DNA from: Fidelibacterota bacterium
GTDB taxonomy: Bacteria; Fidelibacterota; Marinisomatia; Marinisomatales; TCS55
Length of the DNA stretch: 10,071 nt
Direction of reading: 5' to 3'
NCBI GenBank assembly: GCA_027251445.1
Contig: JAPNQO010000077.1
Location: 1-10,071, forward strand
Part shown: positions 1 to 7,359 of the stretch, piece by piece
How the letters are laid out: each line of letters opens with the position of its first letter
How positions within the stretch are numbered: position 1 is the stretch's first letter
The notes under the pieces: generated by a model
The model's input: the letters and a program-made list of their open reading frames with translations, nothing else
Told to the model about the DNA's origin: nothing
Databases searched by the model: none
Translations under genes and position numbers: made by a program

Positions 1-76
1 AGGAAAATTTGAAATTATGATTGGAAGTTCATCAAAGGATATACGCTTAAAACAAATTATAAATTTTAATAATTAA
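1..76 (+). CDS. C-terminal fragment (5'-truncated by window) of a probable glycoside hydrolase family 3 protein, fibronectin type III-like C-terminal domain
   Basis: Manual translation of frame +2 (2-76): GKFEIMIGSSSKDIRLKQIINFNN* (TAA 74-76). Resembles the G-x-F-x-I-x-[IV]-G-x-S-S-x-D-I-R-L C-terminal pattern of BglX-like GH3 beta-glucosidases/xylosidases. Only 24 residues visible; not in the ORF track. Confidence 0.7.
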   Translation, partial: GKFEIMIGSSSKDIRLKQIINFNN

Positions 77-82
77 TTTTTC

Positions 83-898
83 ATGTTATTAACTACGCTT
101 TTTTTATATACATCATTACTTATTTCTGAAGAAAAGGGACTAATAAAAGAAGATGTATTGAATGATATGGCTTTCCAGCAAGTCTGGAGCCATTTAGAGA
201 ATAAAGATATATCAAAAGAATATGTTTTAAACACCTTTCAAAATACTGCAATAAAAACACATTCTAAGATTATTGATTCCTTTAATAACCCTTATGAAAA
301 GAAAGGGTGGGAACAGTACAGAAAAATATTTATTACTGAAAAAAGAATCAAAGGCGGGGTCAGTTTTTATTTTAATAATAAGAAATTAATTGAACAAGTT
401 TCAGATAGCCTGAATGTAGATAAGTATTTATTAGTAAGTCTTGTTGGCGTTGAAAGTAATTATGGTAAACATTATGGGCAATATTCTGTATTTAACGCCT
501 TGTATACGTTAATCCACCAACTCCCAAGAAAGAAAAAATGGGCGGCAAAGGAATTATCTGAATTTATAATGTTATGTTATGGTAACAACCTAGACCCACA
601 TTCAATAAAAGGGTCTTATGCGGGTGCTTTTGGTTTTGGTCAATTTATTCCATCGAGTTTTAATTACTATGCAATTGATTTTGATGGAGATAACGTTCGC
701 CATCATGATAAGTGGCCAGATGTTTTGGGGAGTGTAGCAAACTATCTATTAAAAAATGGATATAAGCCTGGTGAAAATGATTATAGTAAAAGCTCAAACG
801 CTTGGAAATCAGTTTTTGCTTATAATAGGTCAAATAATTATGTTGGTGTTATTATGGAATTAAGACAAGAAATAAAAAATGGTGTAATTAATAACTAA
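83..898 (+). CDS. mltB: Lytic murein transglycosylase, MltB/Slt35 (GH103, SLT_2) family
   Basis: 271 aa ORF. Catalytic Glu motif LVGVESNYG, GSYAGAFGFGQFIPSSF, EF-hand-like AIDFDGD followed by DVLGSVANYL, and YNRSNNY all correspond to the canonical MltB motifs. Hydrophobic N-terminus (MLLTTLFLYTSLLIS) suggests a signal peptide. Confidence 0.9.
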   Translation: MLLTTLFLYTSLLISEEKGLIKEDVLNDMAFQQVWSHLENKDISKEYVLNTFQNTAIKTHSKIIDSFNNPYEKKGWEQYRKIFITEKRIKGGVSFYFNNKKLIEQVSDSLNVDKYLLVSLVGVESNYGKHYGQYSVFNALYTLIHQLPRKKKWAAKELSEFIMLCYGNNLDPHSIKGSYAGAFGFGQFIPSSFNYYAIDFDGDNVRHHDKWPDVLGSVANYLLKNGYKPGENDYSKSSNAWKSVFAYNRSNNYVGVIMELRQEIKNGVINN

Positions 899-2713
899 TT
901 ATAGCTCTAGAATTAATTCCATCTCTTCCGTATCACGAATTATTTTTACTATAATTTTATCCCCATTTTTTAAATCAGCTAGTCTTGCCATATAATCATA
1001 AATATTTCTTACCTTTTTACGATTTATTTCAATAATAACATCACCTTTTTTCATCCCAGCTTTATCAGCAGGCCCACCTTTTCTTGATATACCGTCAATT
1101 TCCATTCCGACTTTTTGGCTTCCATAAGATGGTATTACGCCGAATGTAACATTAAAAGAAGGGGATTCATTATTAGGATTCTTATCTATGATTTCTGTAA
1201 ATAAAAGTTTTTGTTCAATATTTGATAGTTGAATAATTAAATCATACAAAAAATTCAGAATATCTTTTTCTCCTTGGTAATCAATTTTATCCCAGTCATC
1301 AGTAGGCTTATGATAATCTTGATGAGCTCCAGTAAAGAAAAATAAGGCAGGGATATTTTCTTTGTAAAAACTAGCATGGTCACTTCGACCAAAATCCATT
1401 CCGCTCATATTCTTTTCAATTTTTAAAGAGTGTTTATTTTGTACCTTTTCAACTATATCCGAGAGATCCTTTGCGCTCCCTGCTCCTCCTACTGTAACAG
1501 CTTTTTCATCTAATCTTCCAATCATATCCATATTTATCATTAAAGTTGTTTGTTCAAGATTTTTAGTTGGGTTTTGTGTATAAAACTTTGAACCCAATAG
1601 CCCTTTTTCTTCAGCGTCAAAACATATAGTGATTATACTTCTCCCTAATGACCTCTTATTCATCATTAATTTATGACTCAATTCAAGAACCCCGGCAGTG
1701 CCAGAAGCATTATCATCTGCGCCATTATGTATTTGCAGAGAATCAGGGTTTAGAGAACCAGACCTGTGCCCACCATAGCCCAAGTGATCATAATGCGCAC
1801 CAATAACAATGTATTCATTTTTTAATATTGGATCTGAGCCCTCAATAAACCCAATAATATTAGTAGCGGTTTCTTTTTCAAATTTTAAGTTTACACTTGC
1901 AGAAACCCTACGTTCTAATTCAAAAGAAATAGAAGATAACTTTTTATCTATAATTGAACGTAAATCAGAAATTTTTCTTTCATTGTTTTTTAAAATATCA
2001 TTAGCTATTTCATGTGTTATTTGAATTATTGGCAACCCAGCCGATGATGCGCTTTGCCTATACACTAACGGTTGTAGTTTATTTTCCTTTTCTGTTCTTT
2101 CTAATAACAGTATACCTCCCGCTCCATGATCGCGTGCTGTAATAACTTTATTATACAATTTTTTATGATAACCGTAAGGAGAATGCGGGCTGTTCCCATC
2201 AGGGCCATTCAAAAACATTAACACCCATTTTTTATTCACATTAACATTTATATAATCATTCCATGATAGACTATCATCAATGTCAAACCCATATCCTACA
2301 AACACTACGCTCTCATCAATGTTTCCATTCCCAGACCAACCTAATGGAATGAAATCTTCTTTTACTTTATAACGTGATTTCGAATTACGTATTCGTAAAA
2401 TATTTCTAGACCCAAGAGAAACATTGTTTATAAAAGAGAAAGGCTGTTCATATTTTTTTGTTCCTGCAGGTAGAACTCCCTGAGCTTCCCAGTGTTTCGT
2501 TATATACTTAATTGCTTTTTTTGAGCCTTGAGAGCCTGGAGATCGACCTTCTAATTTATCTGATGATAAATATTTAATGTGTTCAAGAATTTCAAAGGTG
2601 AGAATTTCTGCAGAACCAGGATCAATCTTATCTTTGTTTGACCTGTTCATAACAACAAGGCCGCCTACTATAATTGCTAGAGTAATTATAGTTTTATATA
2701 AGAGATCTTTCAT
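899..2713 (-). CDS. M28 family zinc metallopeptidase (aminopeptidase-like) with PA-domain insert and C-terminal PDZ domain
   Basis: 604 aa ORF. M28 motifs LSSDKLEGR, IGAHYDHLG, GADDNASG, FDAEEKGLLGS, INMDMIG, RSDHASF, DYHKPTDD. PA domain (VVFVGYG...DYINVNVNKKWVL...ARDHGAGGILL). PDZ domain (FGVIPSY...GGPADKAGMKKGDVIIEIN). N-terminal hydrophobic segment (TIITLAIIVGGLVVM) as signal or membrane anchor. Confidence 0.92.
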   Translation of the reverse strand: MKDLLYKTIITLAIIVGGLVVMNRSNKDKIDPGSAEILTFEILEHIKYLSSDKLEGRSPGSQGSKKAIKYITKHWEAQGVLPAGTKKYEQPFSFINNVSLGSRNILRIRNSKSRYKVKEDFIPLGWSGNGNIDESVVFVGYGFDIDDSLSWNDYINVNVNKKWVLMFLNGPDGNSPHSPYGYHKKLYNKVITARDHGAGGILLLERTEKENKLQPLVYRQSASSAGLPIIQITHEIANDILKNNERKISDLRSIIDKKLSSISFELERRVSASVNLKFEKETATNIIGFIEGSDPILKNEYIVIGAHYDHLGYGGHRSGSLNPDSLQIHNGADDNASGTAGVLELSHKLMMNKRSLGRSIITICFDAEEKGLLGSKFYTQNPTKNLEQTTLMINMDMIGRLDEKAVTVGGAGSAKDLSDIVEKVQNKHSLKIEKNMSGMDFGRSDHASFYKENIPALFFFTGAHQDYHKPTDDWDKIDYQGEKDILNFLYDLIIQLSNIEQKLLFTEIIDKNPNNESPSFNVTFGVIPSYGSQKVGMEIDGISRKGGPADKAGMKKGDVIIEINRKKVRNIYDYMARLADLKNGDKIIVKIIRDTEEMELILEL

Positions 2714-2812
2714 TGTTTAATTTACAATTTATATAATTAAATACTGATCTCAATACTTATTAGATTCTATCCGCTCAAGGTAAAAAATATATAGAGATTA
2801 TTACAGCATTTA
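2714..2812. promoter_or_regulatory. 99-bp divergent intergenic region probably holding the promoters of the M28 peptidase (-) and the apaG-pyk-ppdK run (+)
   Basis: Only non-coding stretch between two divergent start codons; very AT-rich; perfect TATAAT on + at 2732-2737, but no convincing -35 at canonical spacing, so exact elements are not assigned. Confidence 0.5.
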
Positions 2813-3196
2813 ATGCCTAAAAAACAAAATAATGGAATAGAAATTAATGTTCTTACGGAATATATATCTGAGCGTTCTAACCCATTAAAAAAAAGATATT
2901 TTTTTGCATACCATATTACGATACAGAATAAAAGTAATTCCCCAGCAAAATTATTAAGTAGATACTGGCACATAACAGATGCTGAGGGGAACACAGAGGA
3001 AGTCCGGGGGCCAGGCGTTGTAGGGCATCAACCGCGCTTGGAGGAAGGGGAGTCTTTTGAATACACAAGTTTTTGCCCACTAACAACTGAGTTTGGAGTG
3101 ATGCATGGACTGTTTAATATGATAAGGGATAATGGTCAAAAATTTGATGCAATAATAAAACCATTTAAATTGGCAGTTCCATTTTCAATTAATTAA
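2813..3196 (+). CDS. apaG: ApaG family protein (DUF525; often annotated Co2+/Mg2+ efflux protein ApaG)
   Basis: 127 aa with family hallmarks YFFAYHITIQN, LLSRYWHITDAEG, EEVRGPGVVGHQPRL (GxGxxG), FEYTSFCPLTTEFGVMHG, and C-terminal IKPFKLAVP. Confidence 0.95.
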   Translation: MPKKQNNGIEINVLTEYISERSNPLKKRYFFAYHITIQNKSNSPAKLLSRYWHITDAEGNTEEVRGPGVVGHQPRLEEGESFEYTSFCPLTTEFGVMHGLFNMIRDNGQKFDAIIKPFKLAVPFSIN

Positions 3197-3200
3197 TTCC

Positions 3201-4613
3201 ATGATACCTAATAAAACGAAAATACTTGCAACGATTGGACCATCATGCTCTGACAAAAACACATTACAACAAATGGTTGATTTGGGTGTAAATGCATTTA
3301 GAATTAATATGTCCCATGGTTCTCTAGATGAAAAAAAATCTCTTTTCAAAGAAATCAAGAAACTGAGTTCAAACGGTCTTTATTATCCGACCATCCTTGC
3401 GGACTTAGCTGGACCAAAGATCCGCATTAAAAATGTAAAAGATGGATTAGCGTTAAAAGAGAATGACAAAATTATAATTTCTAATAGTAAAGATTTTGAT
3501 GATGATAAAATTACCATTTCTTCAGGGTTTACATTTGGAGAAATTTCTAAAGGAGCAAAAATATTAATTAATGATGGTCGTATTCAGTTAGAAGTAATAA
3601 AAAAGATTAACCCAAATTCAATTCAAGTTAAAACCTTAATTGGTGGGTGTGTTGAAAATGGTAAGGGCGTTAATTTCCCAGGGATTGGCATTGACATGCC
3701 ACCTTTGACCGATCAAGATTGTATGGATTTATCATTAGCAATAGATGAAGGAGCAGATTGGATAGCGCTGTCTTTTGTCCGTTCGGCTAAGGATAAAGCA
3801 GCTGTAGACTCGATATTAAAAGATAAAAAAGTATCTATTCCAGTTATTGCAAAAATTGAAAAATGGGAAGCGCTAGAACAGCTTGACAAAATTATAGATA
3901 CATTTGATGGTGTGATGGTGGCTCGTGGAGACCTGGGGGTAGAGATACCACAAGAGCAGGTGCCTTTAATTCAGAAAAAAATTATTTCTATGGCAAACAA
4001 ATCAGGTAAGCCAGTAATAATTGCCACCCAGCTTTTGGAGACGATGATTGAATCTCCAACTCCAACGCGAGCAGAAATAAGTGACATTGCTAATGCAATT
4101 TTTGATGGGACGGATGCATTATTAGTAACAGGGGAAACTGCTATAGGTAAATTCCCTCAAAAAGTAATTGAAGTGTTAAAAAGAGTCATCATTGAGACAG
4201 AAAACACAATTGACTTCAATAATATACTTCAACCTATAGGCCATGAGCACCACACAGCTGATGCAATAAGTCACGCAACATGTCAAATTGCAAATGACAT
4301 GAATATTGGAGTTATTTTATCTTTAACCCATAGTGGAAGTACGGCTAGAATGATTGCAAGGTATAAGCCTTCCGCTGACATCATTGCTTTAACTCCTGTA
4401 GAAAAAACATATCGTCAATTATCGATCATTTGGGGTGTAACCCCCAATAAGATTAAAGAATATTCAAACTCAGATGATATCCCAACCGTGTCAGCTAAAT
4501 TTATAAATGATAATAATATATTAATTAGTGGAGACAGATATGTTGTCACTGGTGGTGTTCCGGTAGGCATAGCAGGAACAACTAATTATTTATTTGTTCA
4601 AAAAGCAAAATAA
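3201..4613 (+). CDS. pyk: Pyruvate kinase
   Basis: 470 aa: TKILATIGP, RINMSHG, DLAGPKIR, KGVNFPG, ALSFVRSA, IAKIEK, VMVARGDLGVE, ATQLLETMI, PTRAEISDIANAIFDGTDA, GETAIG, and C-terminal G-x-P-x-G-x-x-GTTN. Confidence 0.98.
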   Translation: MIPNKTKILATIGPSCSDKNTLQQMVDLGVNAFRINMSHGSLDEKKSLFKEIKKLSSNGLYYPTILADLAGPKIRIKNVKDGLALKENDKIIISNSKDFDDDKITISSGFTFGEISKGAKILINDGRIQLEVIKKINPNSIQVKTLIGGCVENGKGVNFPGIGIDMPPLTDQDCMDLSLAIDEGADWIALSFVRSAKDKAAVDSILKDKKVSIPVIAKIEKWEALEQLDKIIDTFDGVMVARGDLGVEIPQEQVPLIQKKIISMANKSGKPVIIATQLLETMIESPTPTRAEISDIANAIFDGTDALLVTGETAIGKFPQKVIEVLKRVIIETENTIDFNNILQPIGHEHHTADAISHATCQIANDMNIGVILSLTHSGSTARMIARYKPSADIIALTPVEKTYRQLSIIWGVTPNKIKEYSNSDDIPTVSAKFINDNNILISGDRYVVTGGVPVGIAGTTNYLFVQKAK

Positions 4614-4618
4614 TAGAA

Positions 4619-4623
4619 AAGGA
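4619..4623 (+). promoter_or_regulatory. Shine-Dalgarno-like site for ppdK
   Basis: AAGGA at 4619-4623, 8 nt upstream of ATG 4632. Confidence 0.55.
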
Positions 4624-4631
4624 ATTTTTTT

Positions 4632-7325
4632 ATGAAATATGTTTATTTCTTTGGTGATGGAAAAGCAGATGGAAAAGCGGATGATAAAAATATGTTAGGA
4701 GGAAAAGGAGCCAATCTTGCTGAGATGACCAGCCTTAAGATACCAGTCCCCCCTGGATTTACGTTAACAACTAATTTATGTATGGATTATTTAAATGACG
4801 GCGTATACCCTGATGAATTAGAAAATGAAGTACAAAATGCAATTGAAAAAGTAGAATCAATTATGGATCAGAAATTTGGAGATCCAGAAAATCCTCTTTT
4901 AGTTTCTATAAGGTCAGGAGCAAGACAATCAATGCCCGGGATGATGGAAACTGTTTTAAATGTAGGTTTAACTGATAAAACTATTCCTGGTCTAATTAAA
5001 AAAACTGACAACCCAAGATTTGTTTATGATGCATACCGTCGTTTGATCACTATGTATTCTGATGTTGTTATGGAAAAGTCTGAAGGAGTTGATCCCGAAC
5101 CTGGGCAGGGCATACGAGAACAGCTAGAGGAAATTATGGATCATATGAAAAGGGAGCGGGGTGTTATAGATGATACTGAATTATCTGCTGATGATTTAAA
5201 AGAGTTGTGCAGCCAGTTTAAAAAGAAGGTTAATGAAACTCTTGGAAGTGAATTTCCTGATGACCCCTCTTTACAACTTTGGGGTGGAATATCAGCTGTG
5301 TTTAAATCCTGGTCTGGGAAGCGCGCTGTTAACTATAGAAGAATAGAGAACATTCCAAATGAATGGGGCACCGCAGTTAATGTTCAAACAATGGTGTTTG
5401 GAAATATGGGCGAAAATTCAGCGACAGGAGTTGCTTTTACTAGAAACCCTGCAACAGGTGAAAACGTTTTTTATGGTGAATGGCTAATCAACGCGCAAGG
5501 AGAAGATGTTGTTGCTGGTATACGGACACCTTATCCTTTAAATAGTAGCACTAAAACCGCAGAGACAAATGAATTACCAGGACTTGATCAATCAATGCCG
5601 GAAGTATATAACCAATTAGATTCTATAAGATTAAAATTAGAAAACCATTATCGTGATATGCAGGACATTGAATTTACTATACAGAATGGAAAACTGTGGA
5701 TGCTTCAAACTCGAGTTGGCAAACGAAATGGCGGTGCGGCAATTCGAATAGCATGTGAAATGCAATCTGAAAACCTAATTTCAAGCGACGAGGCAATTTT
5801 GAGAGTATCACCTGATCAACTTGATGAAATTATGCATTCAATGGTGGACCCCTCATCCGAAAAAGAAGCAGAATTATTAGCAAAAGGTCTACCGGCGGGC
5901 CCAGGCGGAGGAGTTGGCCAGGTTGTGTTTTCAGCAGATACTGCTGAAGAATGGGCTAAGAAAGGGCTTGATGTTATTTTAGTAAGAAACGAAACTTCGC
6001 CTGAGGATGTGCATGGGATGCATGCGGCAAAAGCAATCTTAACTGCTAAGGGAGGCATGACATCACATGCTGCGTTAGTAGCCAGGGGATGGGGGAAGTG
6101 CTGTATCGTTGGTTGCTCCATTCTACAAATAAACTATACTGATAACCAAATGCTGATAAATGATGAAATAATAAAAGAAGGCGATTGGCTAACCTTAAAC
6201 GGATCAACAGGTAAAGTGTATAAGGGGCAATTAAGCCTTATTGAACCTGATCTGAGTTCCAACAAGTATTATGGAATATTAATGGAAATGACTAATAGCG
6301 TAAAAAGACTAGGTATTAGAGCAAATGCTGAAAGCCCTAATGATGCTAAACAAGCTCGAGAGTTTGGAGCAAAAGGTATTGGCCTGTGCCGAACGGAACA
6401 TATGTTTTTTGATCCAGAAAGAATTCTTGCTGTTCGGGAAATGATTATAGCAACAGAAGTTTCAAAACGGCGTGAAGCAATTATGAAATTACTACCATTC
6501 CAAAGAGAAGACTTTAAAGGAATTTTAGAAGCAATGTCTCCTTACCCTGTCACCATACGATTGCTAGACCCTCCACTTCATGAGTTTATGACATTAAATG
6601 ATGAACAAAAAAATGAATTAGCAAAGGAATTAAGTATCTCTTTGGATGCCCTGGAAAATAGAATTAGAGGTCTTGAAGAATTAAATCCAATGTTAGGGCA
6701 TAGAGGGTGCCGCTTAGGAATTGCATACCCAGAAATAACTGAAATGCAATCACGAGCAATATTTGAAGCAACAGCAGAATTAATAAAAGAGAATGTTGAA
6801 GTTGCCCCTGAAGTGATGATCCCATTAGTAGGGACATATAAAGAATATGAGCATCAAGAAGCGCTTGTTCGAAAAATAGCAGAAGAAGTGAGGTCAGAAT
6901 CTGGAGAAAATTTTTCATATTTAGTTGGAACAATGATTGAGCTTCCAAGAGCTGCTCTTACAGCAAATGAAATAGCAGATAAAGCTGAGTTTTTTAGTTT
7001 TGGCACAAATGATTTGACGCAAACAACTTATGGTTTTAGTCGTGACGATATAGGCGGCTTCTTACCTGAATACCTTGAAAGAGGAATTTTAGAGCATGAT
7101 CCATTTCAAAGCCTAGATCAAACTGGAGTTGGACAGCTTGTACAAATGGGCGTAGAAAAAGGTAGAGAAGTGCGAAGTGATTTAAAAATAGGTATATGTG
7201 GAGAACATGGAGGAGATCCTGAAAGTATTAGTTTTTGTAATCGCATTGGCTTAGACTATGTTAGTTGTTCACCTTTTCGTGTTCCAATTGCTAGACTTTC
7301 TGCAGCGCAAGCAGAGCTAAAATAA
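4632..7325 (+). CDS. ppdK: Pyruvate, phosphate dikinase
   Basis: 897 aa: LGGKGANLAEM, PVPPGFT, PLLVSIRSGARQSMPGMMETVLNVG, NAQGEDVVAGIRTP, DMQDIEFTI, phospho-His motif GGMTSHAALVARG (H479), GIGLCRTEHMFF, NPMLGHRGCRL, FSFGTNDLTQ, GICGEHGGDP (C856), YVSCSPFRVPIARL. Confidence 0.98.
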   Translation: MKYVYFFGDGKADGKADDKNMLGGKGANLAEMTSLKIPVPPGFTLTTNLCMDYLNDGVYPDELENEVQNAIEKVESIMDQKFGDPENPLLVSIRSGARQSMPGMMETVLNVGLTDKTIPGLIKKTDNPRFVYDAYRRLITMYSDVVMEKSEGVDPEPGQGIREQLEEIMDHMKRERGVIDDTELSADDLKELCSQFKKKVNETLGSEFPDDPSLQLWGGISAVFKSWSGKRAVNYRRIENIPNEWGTAVNVQTMVFGNMGENSATGVAFTRNPATGENVFYGEWLINAQGEDVVAGIRTPYPLNSSTKTAETNELPGLDQSMPEVYNQLDSIRLKLENHYRDMQDIEFTIQNGKLWMLQTRVGKRNGGAAIRIACEMQSENLISSDEAILRVSPDQLDEIMHSMVDPSSEKEAELLAKGLPAGPGGGVGQVVFSADTAEEWAKKGLDVILVRNETSPEDVHGMHAAKAILTAKGGMTSHAALVARGWGKCCIVGCSILQINYTDNQMLINDEIIKEGDWLTLNGSTGKVYKGQLSLIEPDLSSNKYYGILMEMTNSVKRLGIRANAESPNDAKQAREFGAKGIGLCRTEHMFFDPERILAVREMIIATEVSKRREAIMKLLPFQREDFKGILEAMSPYPVTIRLLDPPLHEFMTLNDEQKNELAKELSISLDALENRIRGLEELNPMLGHRGCRLGIAYPEITEMQSRAIFEATAELIKENVEVAPEVMIPLVGTYKEYEHQEALVRKIAEEVRSESGENFSYLVGTMIELPRAALTANEIADKAEFFSFGTNDLTQTTYGFSRDDIGGFLPEYLERGILEHDPFQSLDQTGVGQLVQMGVEKGREVRSDLKIGICGEHGGDPESISFCNRIGLDYVSCSPFRVPIARLSAAQAELK

Positions 7326-7348
7326 AAGAAAAAAGACATGACAATGGG

Positions 7349-7353
7349 AAGGA
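7349..7353 (+). promoter_or_regulatory. Shine-Dalgarno-like site for the S8 peptidase gene
   Basis: AAGGA at 7349-7353, 6 nt upstream of ATG 7360; same pentamer as before ppdK. Confidence 0.5.
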
Positions 7354-7359
7354 TTGCAA

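Noticed and set aside
1809..2024. 71 aa + strand ORF from the track
   Set aside because: Lies wholly antisense within the well-supported M28 gene; no recognisable motif; shadow ORF.
2767..2994. 75 aa - strand ORF from the track
   Set aside because: Mostly antisense to apaG; apparent hydrophobicity reflects the AT-rich reverse complement; no family motif.
4625..4631. T7 run between the ppdK SD and ATG, and other A/T homopolymers
   Set aside because: Expected at this AT content; no upstream GC stem, so not an intrinsic terminator, and too short to argue for phase variation.
4656..4683. Near-perfect 12-bp tandem repeat GATGGAAAAGC[A/G] at the ppdK 5' end (DGKA DGKA D)
   Set aside because: Only about two copies, in frame, within a normally G/K/A/D-rich PPDK N-terminal segment; no evidence for a variable repeat.
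5816..6121. 101 aa - strand ORF from the track
   Set aside because: Antisense shadow of the conserved central domain of ppdK.
6664..6948. 94 aa Leu-rich - strand ORF from the track
   Set aside because: Inside ppdK on the opposite strand; Leu richness is a reverse-complement codon artefact, not good evidence for a membrane toxin.
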